Assembly: GCA_965214705.1 (NCBI GenBank)
Contig: CBDCCI010000002.1
Coordinates: forward strand, 2,368,001-2,432,000
Direction of reading: 5' to 3'
From: Alphaproteobacteria bacterium
GTDB lineage: Bacteria; Pseudomonadota; Alphaproteobacteria; UBA828
Length of the DNA: 64,000 nucleotides
The position numbers were made by a program, and so were the translations under genes. Of this stretch, positions 49,568 to 59,600 are shown piece after piece. The notes under the pieces were generated by a model, which saw nothing but the letters and a program-made list of their open reading frames with translations, ran no database searches and was not told the origin of the DNA. Positions within the stretch are counted from its first letter, which is position 1. Each line of letters begins with the position of its first letter.

Positions 49568-49995
49568 TAGAGCACAATCCTATCTGACTGAATCGAAAGG
49601 GATTCCCAAGGCGTCTGGTTTGTGCTTCACACTGTCTGCCGGGAGGGAGGCCGGCAGACATGTCGAAAGCGCTTTCCCTTGATCTTCGGGTTCGGGTCCC
49701 TGAGGCGGTGGCCGAGGGCGTGAGCCACCGCGCCGTTGCGGCGCGCTTTGGTGTGAGTGCGGCGAGTGTCAGCCGTTGGTGCAGGCGGGCACGTGTTGAG
49801 GGCGAGTCTCGCCCGAGAGCACTGGGCGGAGACCGTCGCTCCGCTCGCATCGAAGCGCATCGTGCGCTGATCCTCGACGTGCTGGCTGAGACCCCCGACG
49901 TCACCATCGAGGAGTTGCGCCGCCTGCTCGCCGGGCGCGGGCTCGACTTCGGCTATGGCACGATCCAGCGCTTCCTCGTCCGCCAGGATATGGCC
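49568..49995 (+). mobile_element. Truncated IS630-family element (left end plus HTH part of transposase)
   Basis: TA-GAGC end; MSKALSLDLRVRV...AARFGVSAASVSRW...PDVTIEEL from 49660; no DDE part. Confidence 0.75.
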
Positions 49996-50049
49996 TGCAG
50001 CGCGACAGTGGCGGAAAGTATCGACATACAGGGTGCCGGAACCGGCGAT

Positions 50050-50457
50050 ACGGCACCGAAACCGCGCGTGGTCGTGGTGGACTACGGGGTCAAGGGAAAC
50101 ATCGTCGACAACCTCGTTCGCAGGGATATCGACGTCACCGTCGTGCCGGCAGAAGCCTCCTCGAGGGACATTCTGGCGCACGATCCCGACGGTATTCTGC
50201 TGTCCAACGGTCCCGGCGATCCGATGGCCGTGGCGCCGTACACCGTTCCCATGATCGAGACCCTGCTCGAGCGGAAGCTGCCGTTCTTCGGCATCTGCCT
50301 GGGGCATCAACTCCTGTCCCTGGCGCTTGGCGGAAAGGTGACCAAGATGCCTTTCAGCCATCATGGCGCCAATCATCCGGTTCTGGAGAAGGCCAGCGGC
50401 CGTGTGGTGATCACCAGCCAGAATCACGGTTTCGTCGTCGACCGCGACACCTTCCCT
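50050..50457 (+). pseudogene. carA: Fragment of carbamoyl-phosphate synthase small subunit (GATase domain)
   Basis: VDYGVKGNI, LSNGPGDP, FGICLGHQLL, HHGANHPV, ITSQNHGF; N-domain and HPE motif missing. Confidence 0.82.
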
Positions 50458-53318
50458 CGCATCGCGCCACGCGCCGTCCGAGACGTAGTCGAGCGCCGCC
50501 TCCTTGGGCTCGGAGCGCGACCAGCGCTCGCCAAGGTAAGCCCTGATGTCACTGTCCAGGACCGGGCGCTCCACCTCGTCCTCGGGCCGTCTTCCCGCGA
50601 TGTCGAAGGCGAGCTGCGACCAGTTGACATAGACGTCGATTCCCTCGCGATGCCGAGTCGCGGCGGGATAGATCGTCTCTCGCGCCGGACGGTCGTCCAC
50701 CAGCAGGAAGGCGCGGTCTACGGTCAGCCCCTGGGCCGAGGCGATGGTCATCGCATAGCCGTAGTCGAGCCGGACGTTGTCGTGCCAGTCGCGGATCTCG
50801 TCGTGGCGGAACGCGACACGCCTGCCGTCGTCCGTGCGCGCCGTGATGTGGACGGAAGGCTCAGCCTTCGACTCGTTCCCCGAACTCTCGGACGCGCTCG
50901 TCTTGCCGTCCCTGCGTCCGCCGGCTAGCCGGTTCCGGGCCTTGCGTGACACTGCGGTGTCGTCGCCACGCCGGACTTCGAGGTCTTCCACCGTGACGAC
51001 GGTGCCGTTGAAGAGCTGCTTCTCCCACTGCGTGGAGCCGATGCGGATGCGATCGCCCACGGCGATCTCCAGCGGCTCCGTCACGCGCCCGTCAAGGCCC
51101 CGGCTCACCTCGATCACGGCACGCTTCGCATCGGGCGTCTGCGCAAGCACCCGCAGCCGCATGAGCCAAGACAGCGCCCGCGCCTCGGCCCGCGTGCGAG
51201 CCAGCACCACCGTCGAGGCATCGGGCTCCGCACGCACATGCCGTTCCCAGTCCTCGACGAGCTTGGTCAGGGTCTTCTCTTCGTCGTGGCAGAGATGGAA
51301 GCGGTTGCGCAGATGCCACGCCTCGATCGCCTGCTCTGCCTCTCCGTCCCTGAGCGCCTCCGACACCGCCACCTGCCACGGCGTGAACAGGGGTTTCTTC
51401 TCCATCGCCTCGTAGTCGGCGAGAATCGCGTCGCGCTCCTGGGGATTGGTCAGCCCTGCCCGGAAGCGCGCCTGTTCCGGCGTCTCCTTGTGGACGTGGA
51501 CGAGAACGTCCTCGAGGTCCGCCTTCTGGCGCCTGATGCGGTCGACGCGGACGCTACCGGCGATGTCCCGGATCAGCCTGAGTCCCGGCCCTGCCTCCAC
51601 CGGCTGCTGTTGCCGCGTGTCGCCAGCGAACACCACCTTCGCCTCGTGGCGCTCCGAGAGCTGCAGGATATGATGCGCCTGTCGCGTGGACAGCATCCCC
51701 GCCTCGTCCACCACGATCAGCGTGCGCTTGCCGATCTCCACCTGGTCCTTCGCCGCGAGCTTCAGCAGCTTGTCCACGCAATAGGCACGCGCATCGCAGT
51801 CGTCGCCGAGGGCCACGGCGGTGCGCCAGGCCACGGCGGTCGGCACGATCTCGTAGCCGTGCTCCTTGTGAAGGTCGGTGATGGGCCTGAGCGTCGTGGT
51901 CTTGCCCGAGCCCGCAGCGCCCTCGATTACTGCCACCCGTCCGCCCTTCACCGTGGCATGGTGGATCGTCAGCGACTGCTCTTGGCTCAGCGGATATCCC
52001 TGCTCCAGCAGGGTCTCCAACCTCTCCTTCACCGCCCCTTCCGGCAGGCCGTGGCCGGTATCTTCGGCCATGGCCTCGGCCATGTCGCGCACCGCCTGCT
52101 CGAGGCCGAGATTGTGGCGCGTGGAATAGACCTCCGTGTGGGCCATGCCGGCGCGGGACTCGGCCGTCGGCTTCTTGGGCTCCAGCCGCTCGATCTCCGG
52201 ATTACGGCGCAGCCGCTCGATGGCCGTCCCCACCGCCTCCCGGCCCATCAGACCGGCCGCCGCGTTCGCCGCCGCCTCCACCATGTCCGGGCGCCGGAAC
52301 ACCGCCTCCTCGCGAGCGAGATGGGCGGGGAGATCGTCGAGCCGGTCGGTCAGCTCCCGGATTTCTTCACGGTCGATCCTCACCTCATGGCCGGTCACCG
52401 AGGCGATCAGCGCCTCGCGCTCGCAGAAACCCTCGGCCTCGCCGCGCCAGCGGCGGTGCCTCACCTCCGGGTCATTGTCGTGCGACTTCCCCTCGCGCGT
52501 GAGCTTGTTCACCCCCGCCATGCGGGCAGCATTGCCCAATGACGGGATGCCCAGCTCCCCCGCCCTGGCGACGATCGCCTTCCTGCGCTTCGACCAGAAG
52601 GATTGCAGGTCCTCCGGCATGCCCACGATGCGCGTGAACTCCACGTTGGGACCGTACTGCTGCATCCTGACGCCCAGGTTCTGTTGCAGCTCCCACGCCA
52701 CATAGGCCCGGAACAGGGCGCCCGCCGCCTTCTTCCAGTTGTAGACCGGGTACTGGTGATGCGCCCGCCACTTGCCGTCCTCGCGGGTCCTCGCGAGATT
52801 GAAGATCGTGCAGTGGACGTGAAGCTGCGGGTCGTTCTCCCTGCTGGTACCGTGGACGAAGGTCGCGCCCATCAAGTCCGCCTCCAACGGCCGGGTCACC
52901 CCCTTCTCGCTCACGCGGGTGTAGCTGCAATGCTTCAGCACCGAGTCGTCGAGTGCCGCCCTGGCGGCGGCCACGGCCATTGTCTCGATCCGTTCGCGCA
53001 TCTCCGGCTCTGCGATGGCCCACAGTGCCGACACGCTCTTGTCCACCGAGAACGTCATGTCGATGCCGGGGGAGCGGTCCGGGTTGCCGGCGCGCTGCAC
53101 CAGCTTGCCGGATCCATCAGGAGCGAAGCCCGAGTAGAGGCGATGGAAGTGGCCGCTGTCGACCTTTGCCCCATCCTCCAGACCGAACAGGCCCTTCGGG
53201 TTGAACCAGGTGCCGTCCGGCTCCTCGGCCGCCGTGTAGTACTCGTTGGGGTGCCGGAACGAGCGTTGCTCTCCAGGTAGTATTCGGCAGACGCCATCTG
53301 ACCGATGGTCGCTACCAT
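50458..53318 (-). pseudogene. MOB-F (TrwC/TraI-like) relaxase-helicase, frameshifted and C-terminally truncated
   Basis: EYY..EYY Tyr pairs, DMTFSVDKSVS, HGTSRENDPQLHVH (HUH), FWSKRR, GAAGSGKTT, VDEAGM, YAMTIASAQG; frameshift near 53268. Confidence 0.85.
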
Positions 53319-53500
53319 GGCGGCAGGTTCCCGAACCGTTGGGCGAACGCGTTCATGACCGCCGGGGCCTGACCAGCAATACCCGACGCCGGCAGCCTTT
53401 CATGGCCAGCTGCGACTGCGTGAAGGGGCACGCCAAGTCCTTGTACAGGTGTTATATCGTTCGGCCTCCATGGCCAGTCAGGCGGCTCCGTTTCGCTCCC

Positions 53501-53530
53501 GCAAGCGTCAGCTTGCACAGGTGTGGCGGG
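53501..53530 (+). other. Candidate oriT (inverted repeat + nic-like site)
   Basis: GCAAGC-GTCA-GCTTGC then ACAGGTGT^GG, similar in layout to F oriT (IR then GGGGTGT^GG); about 180 bp upstream of the relaxase. Confidence 0.5.
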
Positions 53531-54062
53531 TTACTTTCTCTCTCGCGTGCTTCACTCACCACGAGATACATCATGTAGCGAGTCGCTCGGCGGGAATAAC
53601 AAGAGATAGTATCGGTCCGGGCGCTTCACCTGAACGGTGCACCTTCCTGGATGGCAAGGTGGGGCGGCATGGCGCTTATTCGTAGCTGCTTGAGAGTGTC
53701 GAGATAATCGGGGCGCGGGGAGAGAGTGGCGAAGCGCTCCGATTCAGCGGGGATGAGCGACAAGGCGATGGCGGCCGCCTTGGCGAATCCGGTGCGAACC
53801 ACCATGAGCGCCATCGATGCGCAGACCGGGTGCGAGAGCGCAGGCTCGAGCGATCATTCGAGGGCGTAGCGCTGACAATTGGCGTCTGGCGGTGCAGTGG
53901 CGAAGTGACACGGAAGGGCGTTGGCCACAGGCAGGGAGGGCGGAGCGCGGGCGATGGCGGAGCGCAGCAACGCTTGACGTATCGCGACACGATACGGGAA
54001 GGATGATGCTGGCGCATAGCGCCGAGCGCGGGATGGCGATGCCGTCCGCCCCGCCGTCCGAC

Positions 54063-54504
54063 AATCAAGGGTCGCAAACGCCACATCCTCACCGACACCG
54101 GCGGCCTGTTGGTTGCCGCTCAGGTCCACGCCGCCAACATCCAGGATCGCGACGGCGCTCCCTCGGTGCTTGCGTCCATCCGCCACGCCTTCCCCTGGCT
54201 GCGTCACGTCTTCGCCGATGGTGCCTATGCCGGCCTCAGGCTCGCGGCGGCTCTGGAGCGGATCGGTCGGTGGACCCTGGAGATTGTCCAGCCCCGGCTG
54301 GTACGCGAGGGTTCGATATCCTGCCGCGCCGCTGGGTGGTCGAGCGCACACTGGCTTGGTTGAACCGCAATCGACGGCTCGCCAAGGACTTCGAGGCCAC
54401 CGTCGCCACCGCCCAAGCGTGGCTCTTCATCGCCAGTGTTCAACTCCTCACCAGAAGACTGGTAAGATACTGAAAATCAATATCTTATTATAGGCCAGAC
54501 TCTT
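54063..54504 (+). pseudogene. IS5-family (IS1031-like) transposase 3' remnant with right end
   Basis: [50 protein letters not shown] across frameshifts; ends ..AGACTC-TTA. Confidence 0.8.
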
Positions 54505-54615
54505 AGACTATACTCTTCGCGGTCGTTGTCTGCTGGGACATTCGCTGTGAGACAACACCTGGAGTCATGGCGAGATCAGCGGCCTTGATCGGTGTCTTCG
54601 CGGGCGAACCCCTGA

Positions 54616-55350
54616 TCAATAGCCGAGAACGCTGTAGTCGCCGTTCACGATCAGGCGAATCGAGACGTAGAGGCCCAGCAGGGCGAACAGCACCCACGGG
54701 CAATTCAGCGCCCAGATATAGATGTACATATCCTTTCGGCCGAGGCGGCTTTGTCGATTGGCCACGAAGAAGCTGACCCAGTAGACCGACGTCGCGTAGG
54801 TCAACTGCCAGAATATCATCGCTCCCATAATGCCGGCGACGAGGGCGGGCAAGAAATCGACGGTGAAGGCGGCAAAGAGGATCAGCGTCGGTACCGGCGT
54901 TACGAAGCCGTTGGCGATATCTACGTTGTAACCGTATGTGCGCCGGTCCGCGTAGGAACTGTCGAACTGGGAATACGTGGCCCAGACGTCCGCCCACATC
55001 GTCGACGACAATATTCGCGTCAAGGGAACCCTTCCAGTAAGGAATTCGGCGGCTGGTGTCCGGCCCGTTTCCCGCCGGCGTTCGCGCCAGTATTGGGCGC
55101 GCTTCTCGATGTAGTCGCGGTTGAAGAACAGGCATATCTCCCAATGGCAGATCACCAGATTGATGGAAAAGAAGAGGATCAGCAGTGCATGAATGACGTC
55201 GAAATCCCCGCGGACGCCGTAGCGCGCACCGATGCCGGACGCTGTCAGAATTGCGATGACCAGCCCCGTGAATACGACCGGCGCAATCGCCAACCGAGTC
55301 CGGTGGGTGTCGCGACCCGAACGGGTTTGCGCGGCTTGCTTTTCGGCCAT
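54616..55350 (-). CDS. EXPERA/EBP-like membrane protein, candidate sterol Delta8-Delta7 isomerase
   Basis: Multi-TM; VWATYSQFDSSY resembles EBP LWKEYAKGDSRY; ALNCPW resembles EBP MNALW; sterol-gene context; ATG at 55350. Confidence 0.62.
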   Translation of the reverse strand: MAEKQAAQTRSGRDTHRTRLAIAPVVFTGLVIAILTASGIGARYGVRGDFDVIHALLILFFSINLVICHWEICLFFNRDYIEKRAQYWRERRRETGRTPAAEFLTGRVPLTRILSSTMWADVWATYSQFDSSYADRRTYGYNVDIANGFVTPVPTLILFAAFTVDFLPALVAGIMGAMIFWQLTYATSVYWVSFFVANRQSRLGRKDMYIYIWALNCPWVLFALLGLYVSIRLIVNGDYSVLGY

Positions 55351-55538
55351 GTGGTCCCATCCTCTCTGGCGCTGCGGCGTTGCCTCTCGCCCCATTGTAC
55401 CCTGTGGAAAGTTCGACGCCCCGAACAAGGGCGCTACGCCTGGGACTCCGTGGATATCGGCGTCATGAAGCGAGGCATCGGAGTTTCCCATGGCTTTCCG
55501 GTCTTGGGGACGACGTGCGGCTCTGGCAGAATGTGCCC

Positions 55539-56570
55539 ATGAATCGCACCTCCGCCACCCGATCGAAAGCGCGCTCCCTCGCGGGCCTCGCCCCGGACGA
55601 AGTAAAGTCCACGGTCGATGGATACACCGAAATCTTTGACGCCGGCCTGGAGCACAGGAAAGAGCATTATCGCTCGTTCGTGAGTCGCTACTACGACCTG
55701 GCGACCGACTTCTACGAGTTCGGTTGGGGCCAATCCTTTCACTTCGCACCCCGCAGCCGGGGCGAGAGCTTCAAGGCATCGCTGCTCAGACACCAGCATT
55801 TTCTCGCTGAAAAGCTGTCCCTGAAGCCGGGTATGCAAGTAATCGATCTGGGATGCGGGGTCGGCGGACCGATGGGCAATCTGGCCCGTCATTTCGGGGC
55901 GAGCTTTGTCGGCGTCAACAACAACGCCTACCAGATCGAGCGCGCAAGACTGCACACTCGGGATGTCCAGTCGTTATGTCGCTTTATTCACAGTGACTAC
56001 ATGGAGATTCCCGACGACGACGACCGCTACGATGCCGCCATGGCGATCGAGTCCATGCCCCACGCACCCGACAAGACAGCGGCGTTCCGCGAGGTCTTGC
56101 GCGTGCTGCGTCCGGGGGCCTGTTTCGCGGGCTACGAGTGGTGCGTTACCGACATATTTGATACCGGCAAGACGGAGCACCGGCGAATAAAAAACGATAT
56201 CATGGCCGGGAATGGGCTGCCGGATATCGCGACCACGTCGGAAGTTTCCGCCGCATTGCAGACGGCTGGATTCGAGCTCCTGGAAGCGCGCGACCGCGCA
56301 CCCGAAGCGGACCCGGAGATGCCGTGGTACCGTTCCTTGCAGGGCCGCGACCTCAGTCTTTCGAGTATTCCGCGCACGCCGGTCGGCCGCGTTCTGACTA
56401 ATTTCACTTTGCGGGTGGGAGAACGGCTGCGGCTCTTTCCCGAGGGCGCCCGCGCAGTCAGCACGCTCCTGAATGCGGGAGCGGACGCGCTGGTGGACGG
56501 CGGCAAGTCCGGCGTCTTCACGCCGATGTTCTTTTTCCTGGCCCGCAAACCCGGGCGCCCGCGCGACTGA
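55539..56570 (+). CDS. Sterol C24-methyltransferase (SMT/ERG6-like)
   Basis: YYDLATDFYEFGWGQSFHFA (region I), IDLGCGVGGP (SAM), AIESMPHAP, LRPG..FAGYEW, C-terminal GVFTPMF. Confidence 0.9.
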   Translation: MNRTSATRSKARSLAGLAPDEVKSTVDGYTEIFDAGLEHRKEHYRSFVSRYYDLATDFYEFGWGQSFHFAPRSRGESFKASLLRHQHFLAEKLSLKPGMQVIDLGCGVGGPMGNLARHFGASFVGVNNNAYQIERARLHTRDVQSLCRFIHSDYMEIPDDDDRYDAAMAIESMPHAPDKTAAFREVLRVLRPGACFAGYEWCVTDIFDTGKTEHRRIKNDIMAGNGLPDIATTSEVSAALQTAGFELLEARDRAPEADPEMPWYRSLQGRDLSLSSIPRTPVGRVLTNFTLRVGERLRLFPEGARAVSTLLNAGADALVDGGKSGVFTPMFFFLARKPGRPRD

Positions 56571-56629
56571 ACGAAGCGGGCCTTCGTCCGCGCGGCGCTG
56601 CGCGAGACCACCCATACTCTGGACGGGGA

Positions 56630-59600
56630 TCAGGCGGCAGCCGCTTCGGGCGGGGGTGGCGACGTGTCGGCGGCACACGGAGCGTGGGCGGCGAGACCCA
56701 GCCGCTGGCGGCGGCGCTGCTCGTAGAGGGCGAGCGCGTGCAGCGGGAAATACTGTCGATACAGCACGTAATCCAGGAGCGCCGTGCGGAAGAAGACGCC
56801 CGCCATGTCCTGCTTGGGCCATGTCCCGTCCGCGTCCTGTGCGTCGAGCAGAAAGCGGGCGCCCCGCGAAATCGCGGTCCAGTTCGATTCGCCCGCCTCG
56901 AGGAGCGCGATCAACGCCCACGCGGTCTGGATGACCTGGCTTTCGTCGTGCGGGACATACCGGCCGGTCAGGCATCCGCTGTGGTGCTCGCCCCATCCGC
57001 CGTCTTCTCGCTGGCGCTCCAGCAGCCAGCGGCAGGCCGAGCGAAGCGCCGGATCGCCGGGGCCGGCCCTGGCGGCAAGAAGACCCCTGACCCCGAAGAG
57101 GGTGCCGTAAATGAATTGAACTCCCCATACGCCGCGCCACGACCCGTCGCTTGCCTGGGTCCAGCGAAGCCAGGCACCGGCCCTGGACATGGCGCCCGTC
57201 ACCGCTCCGTTCGCGATTTGCGGAACGTCCTCCATACAGGCGGCGAGCGCCGCGAGGCAGGACGCGGTGCACTCGACATAGGATTGCTCGGTCATCGAAT
57301 CGCCGAACATCTCGGCCGGATTCATCCACTCCAGACCGAAAGCCGAGCGTCGCGCCTCGTAGCTGCCGAAGCCGCCATCGCGGTTCTGGCAGCGCAGCAT
57401 GAACCCGACCGCATCGCGCAACGCGCTTGCGTGCGCAGCACCGCGACCGGCGGCGTGAAGTCCGAGCACCGCTTCCGCAGTGCAGTCGCTCACCGGCCAG
57501 CCGTGCCATCCTCCGGCAAAGCACCAGCCGCCCCTGGGGTCGGTTCGATAGGCCTCGCGAAACCCTTCGAAGCTGGCGGCGATCTGTTCCCCGAGCAGGA
57601 AGTCGGCGCCGCGCTGCAGCGCGTCCCCTACCCCGCCGAACGCGGGCACCGCCGCCAGCGCCTGCAAGGCGAAGCCGCTGTCCCACGAGGCGCTTCTCGC
57701 GCCGACGACACGCGCACCCTCTTCCTCGTCTTCCCAGATCCAGTCGTCCAGCTTCGCGAGCGCCTGGCGCAGATCGGCGTCGTCCGGATCGCGCAGCCAC
57801 AGGGCAAGCATGTTGAGAAGGCCGCTCACCGGAGAGATGCTCGTATGGCTGGTGGTCTGCAGCTCCCATCTGATCTGCCGGACGATCGCCTCCGTGCATC
57901 GGGCACGCAGGCGTTTGCCGTGGAGCCGATTGAACACGCGCGCAATCTTGTATCCAACCTTGAGCCACACGCTCGGCCGCGCGTAGAGGTCGGCCTCCCG
58001 CAGGCGATTGCGGGCGGCGGAGAAATCGACCTCGGCAAAGCCATGGGGGTACAGCTCCTCCCGCAACGACGCGATCGCGGGCGTGACGGGCGCCTGGAAG
58101 CGGTGCGGGTAGATCGCCGCCATGGCCATGTAGATGAGCCGGGTATGGCAGTACCAATTCGAAGGATGCAGGGGCAAGCGGCGCGGCAGGCTCCACAGTT
58201 CCGGCAGAACGGCGTTGACCCCGCGCCAGTCGTAGAGGTTCAGCAGCGCCAGCCAGAACTTTCCCCAGCTCGGAATGCCCACGATCCCCTCGGCCTGGAT
58301 GAAGCGCCGGGCCGGCTCGACCAGCGGATCGTCCCGCTCGACCCCGAGCAGCCTGGCCGCGACGTAGACCAGGGCGGTGACGAAGAGGTGGGGCGAAGAG
58401 TGCTCGTGCAGACCCCACGAGCCCGCTTCGAGACGGGTCCGTTCGAACGAGCGCAGCACGCGCCGGCGCCGGCCGGGCTCGAGCGGCCGCCCGATGATGT
58501 GGTGCAGCAGCACATATTGCGCGGTGAGCATGGGGCACCAGACCATCTCGCCCTCCCAGCCGCCATCCTCGCCCTGGAGGCTCAGGAGGTGCGCGGTCGT
58601 GCTCCCCAGAGCCGGACCGGCATCGGGCGCCTCGGAGTCCTTCGGCCGGCCGGACCCGGAAGCGTGGGGCCGCGGCGGCATGGAGTGCAAAAGTGCGCGG
58701 GCCAGGCTGTCCAGGGCTCGCTCGTCATTCCGCCCGCCCTGGCGTCTCGACTGGCGTAACTGCAGAGCCCAGCGCAGGAGCCACAAGAGACGAACGGTGA
58801 GAGCCCCGAAGATCTTCAGGCCCCGACGCGGAGCGAACCGGCGCAAGGAGAGCGGAATCTCCACGGCCGCCGCACGGGCCGCCGTTGCGAAAAACGCGAG
58901 ACCCATCTCGAGCGCGGATCGGTCTTCGCAGGCGAGTATCCGCGTGGTCCGGTCCCGGTAATAGGAGTTTGTCCGCAATCCTCGGTAGACCGCGTGTCTC
59001 ATCGCCACCGCCTCGGCCCGATGATCGGCAAAGACCTCGTAGAGCCCCATGGCGAGCAGCTCCGGCACTTGGGTGGCCCGGAAACGCCCGGCGGCGAACT
59101 CGCGAAAGCTGCCGCTCTCGGCGAGGGCAAGCGCGTCACCGAAACCGAGGGTCATGCCGACCGCCGTCATGGGATGGTAGTGCCCGGCCGCGTCGCCGAT
59201 CAGCACACGACGCGGGGTACCGTATGTGACTCGCGGCCGCAGCTGATTGGCCGCAACGTGGAATTGCCCCGCCCGCACCGCTTCGACGAACCCCGGCCTG
59301 AGAGCTTCCGGCAGCAGAACGGCATGGGATTCGGTCAGGAAGCCGATCCGGTCCTGGCGTGTCCAGCGGTCCAGCGGAACGTCGACGATGATCCGGACGC
59401 AACCCTTTGCCAAACCGTATGCGAGAATCGGCCCCGGCCCGCCGAGCAGCACATGCCCGTGACCCTCGAAGGGCAGGCTCACGTCGCTCACCGTGATCCC
59501 CAGCATCCGCGAGCAGAGCATCGGGTCTGTCGACAGGCCCAGGGATTGGCGCACGATCGACGCCCGGCCGTCGGCGCCGACAATCCGCGCGGCGTCGAGG

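Noticed and set aside
49627-53100. 1157-aa ORF as an intact relaxase with a novel C-terminal domain
   Set aside because: The catalytic Tyr N-terminus is in another frame, and the last roughly 275 aa are the antisense of the carA and IS630 fragments
53580-54060. Short ORFs between the oriT candidate and the IS5 remnant as relaxosome accessory genes
   Set aside because: No recognisable RHH/MobC motif or convincing start
55974-58759. 854-aa and 691-aa ORFs overlapping SMT and OSC
   Set aside because: Alternative-frame or antisense shadows without motifs
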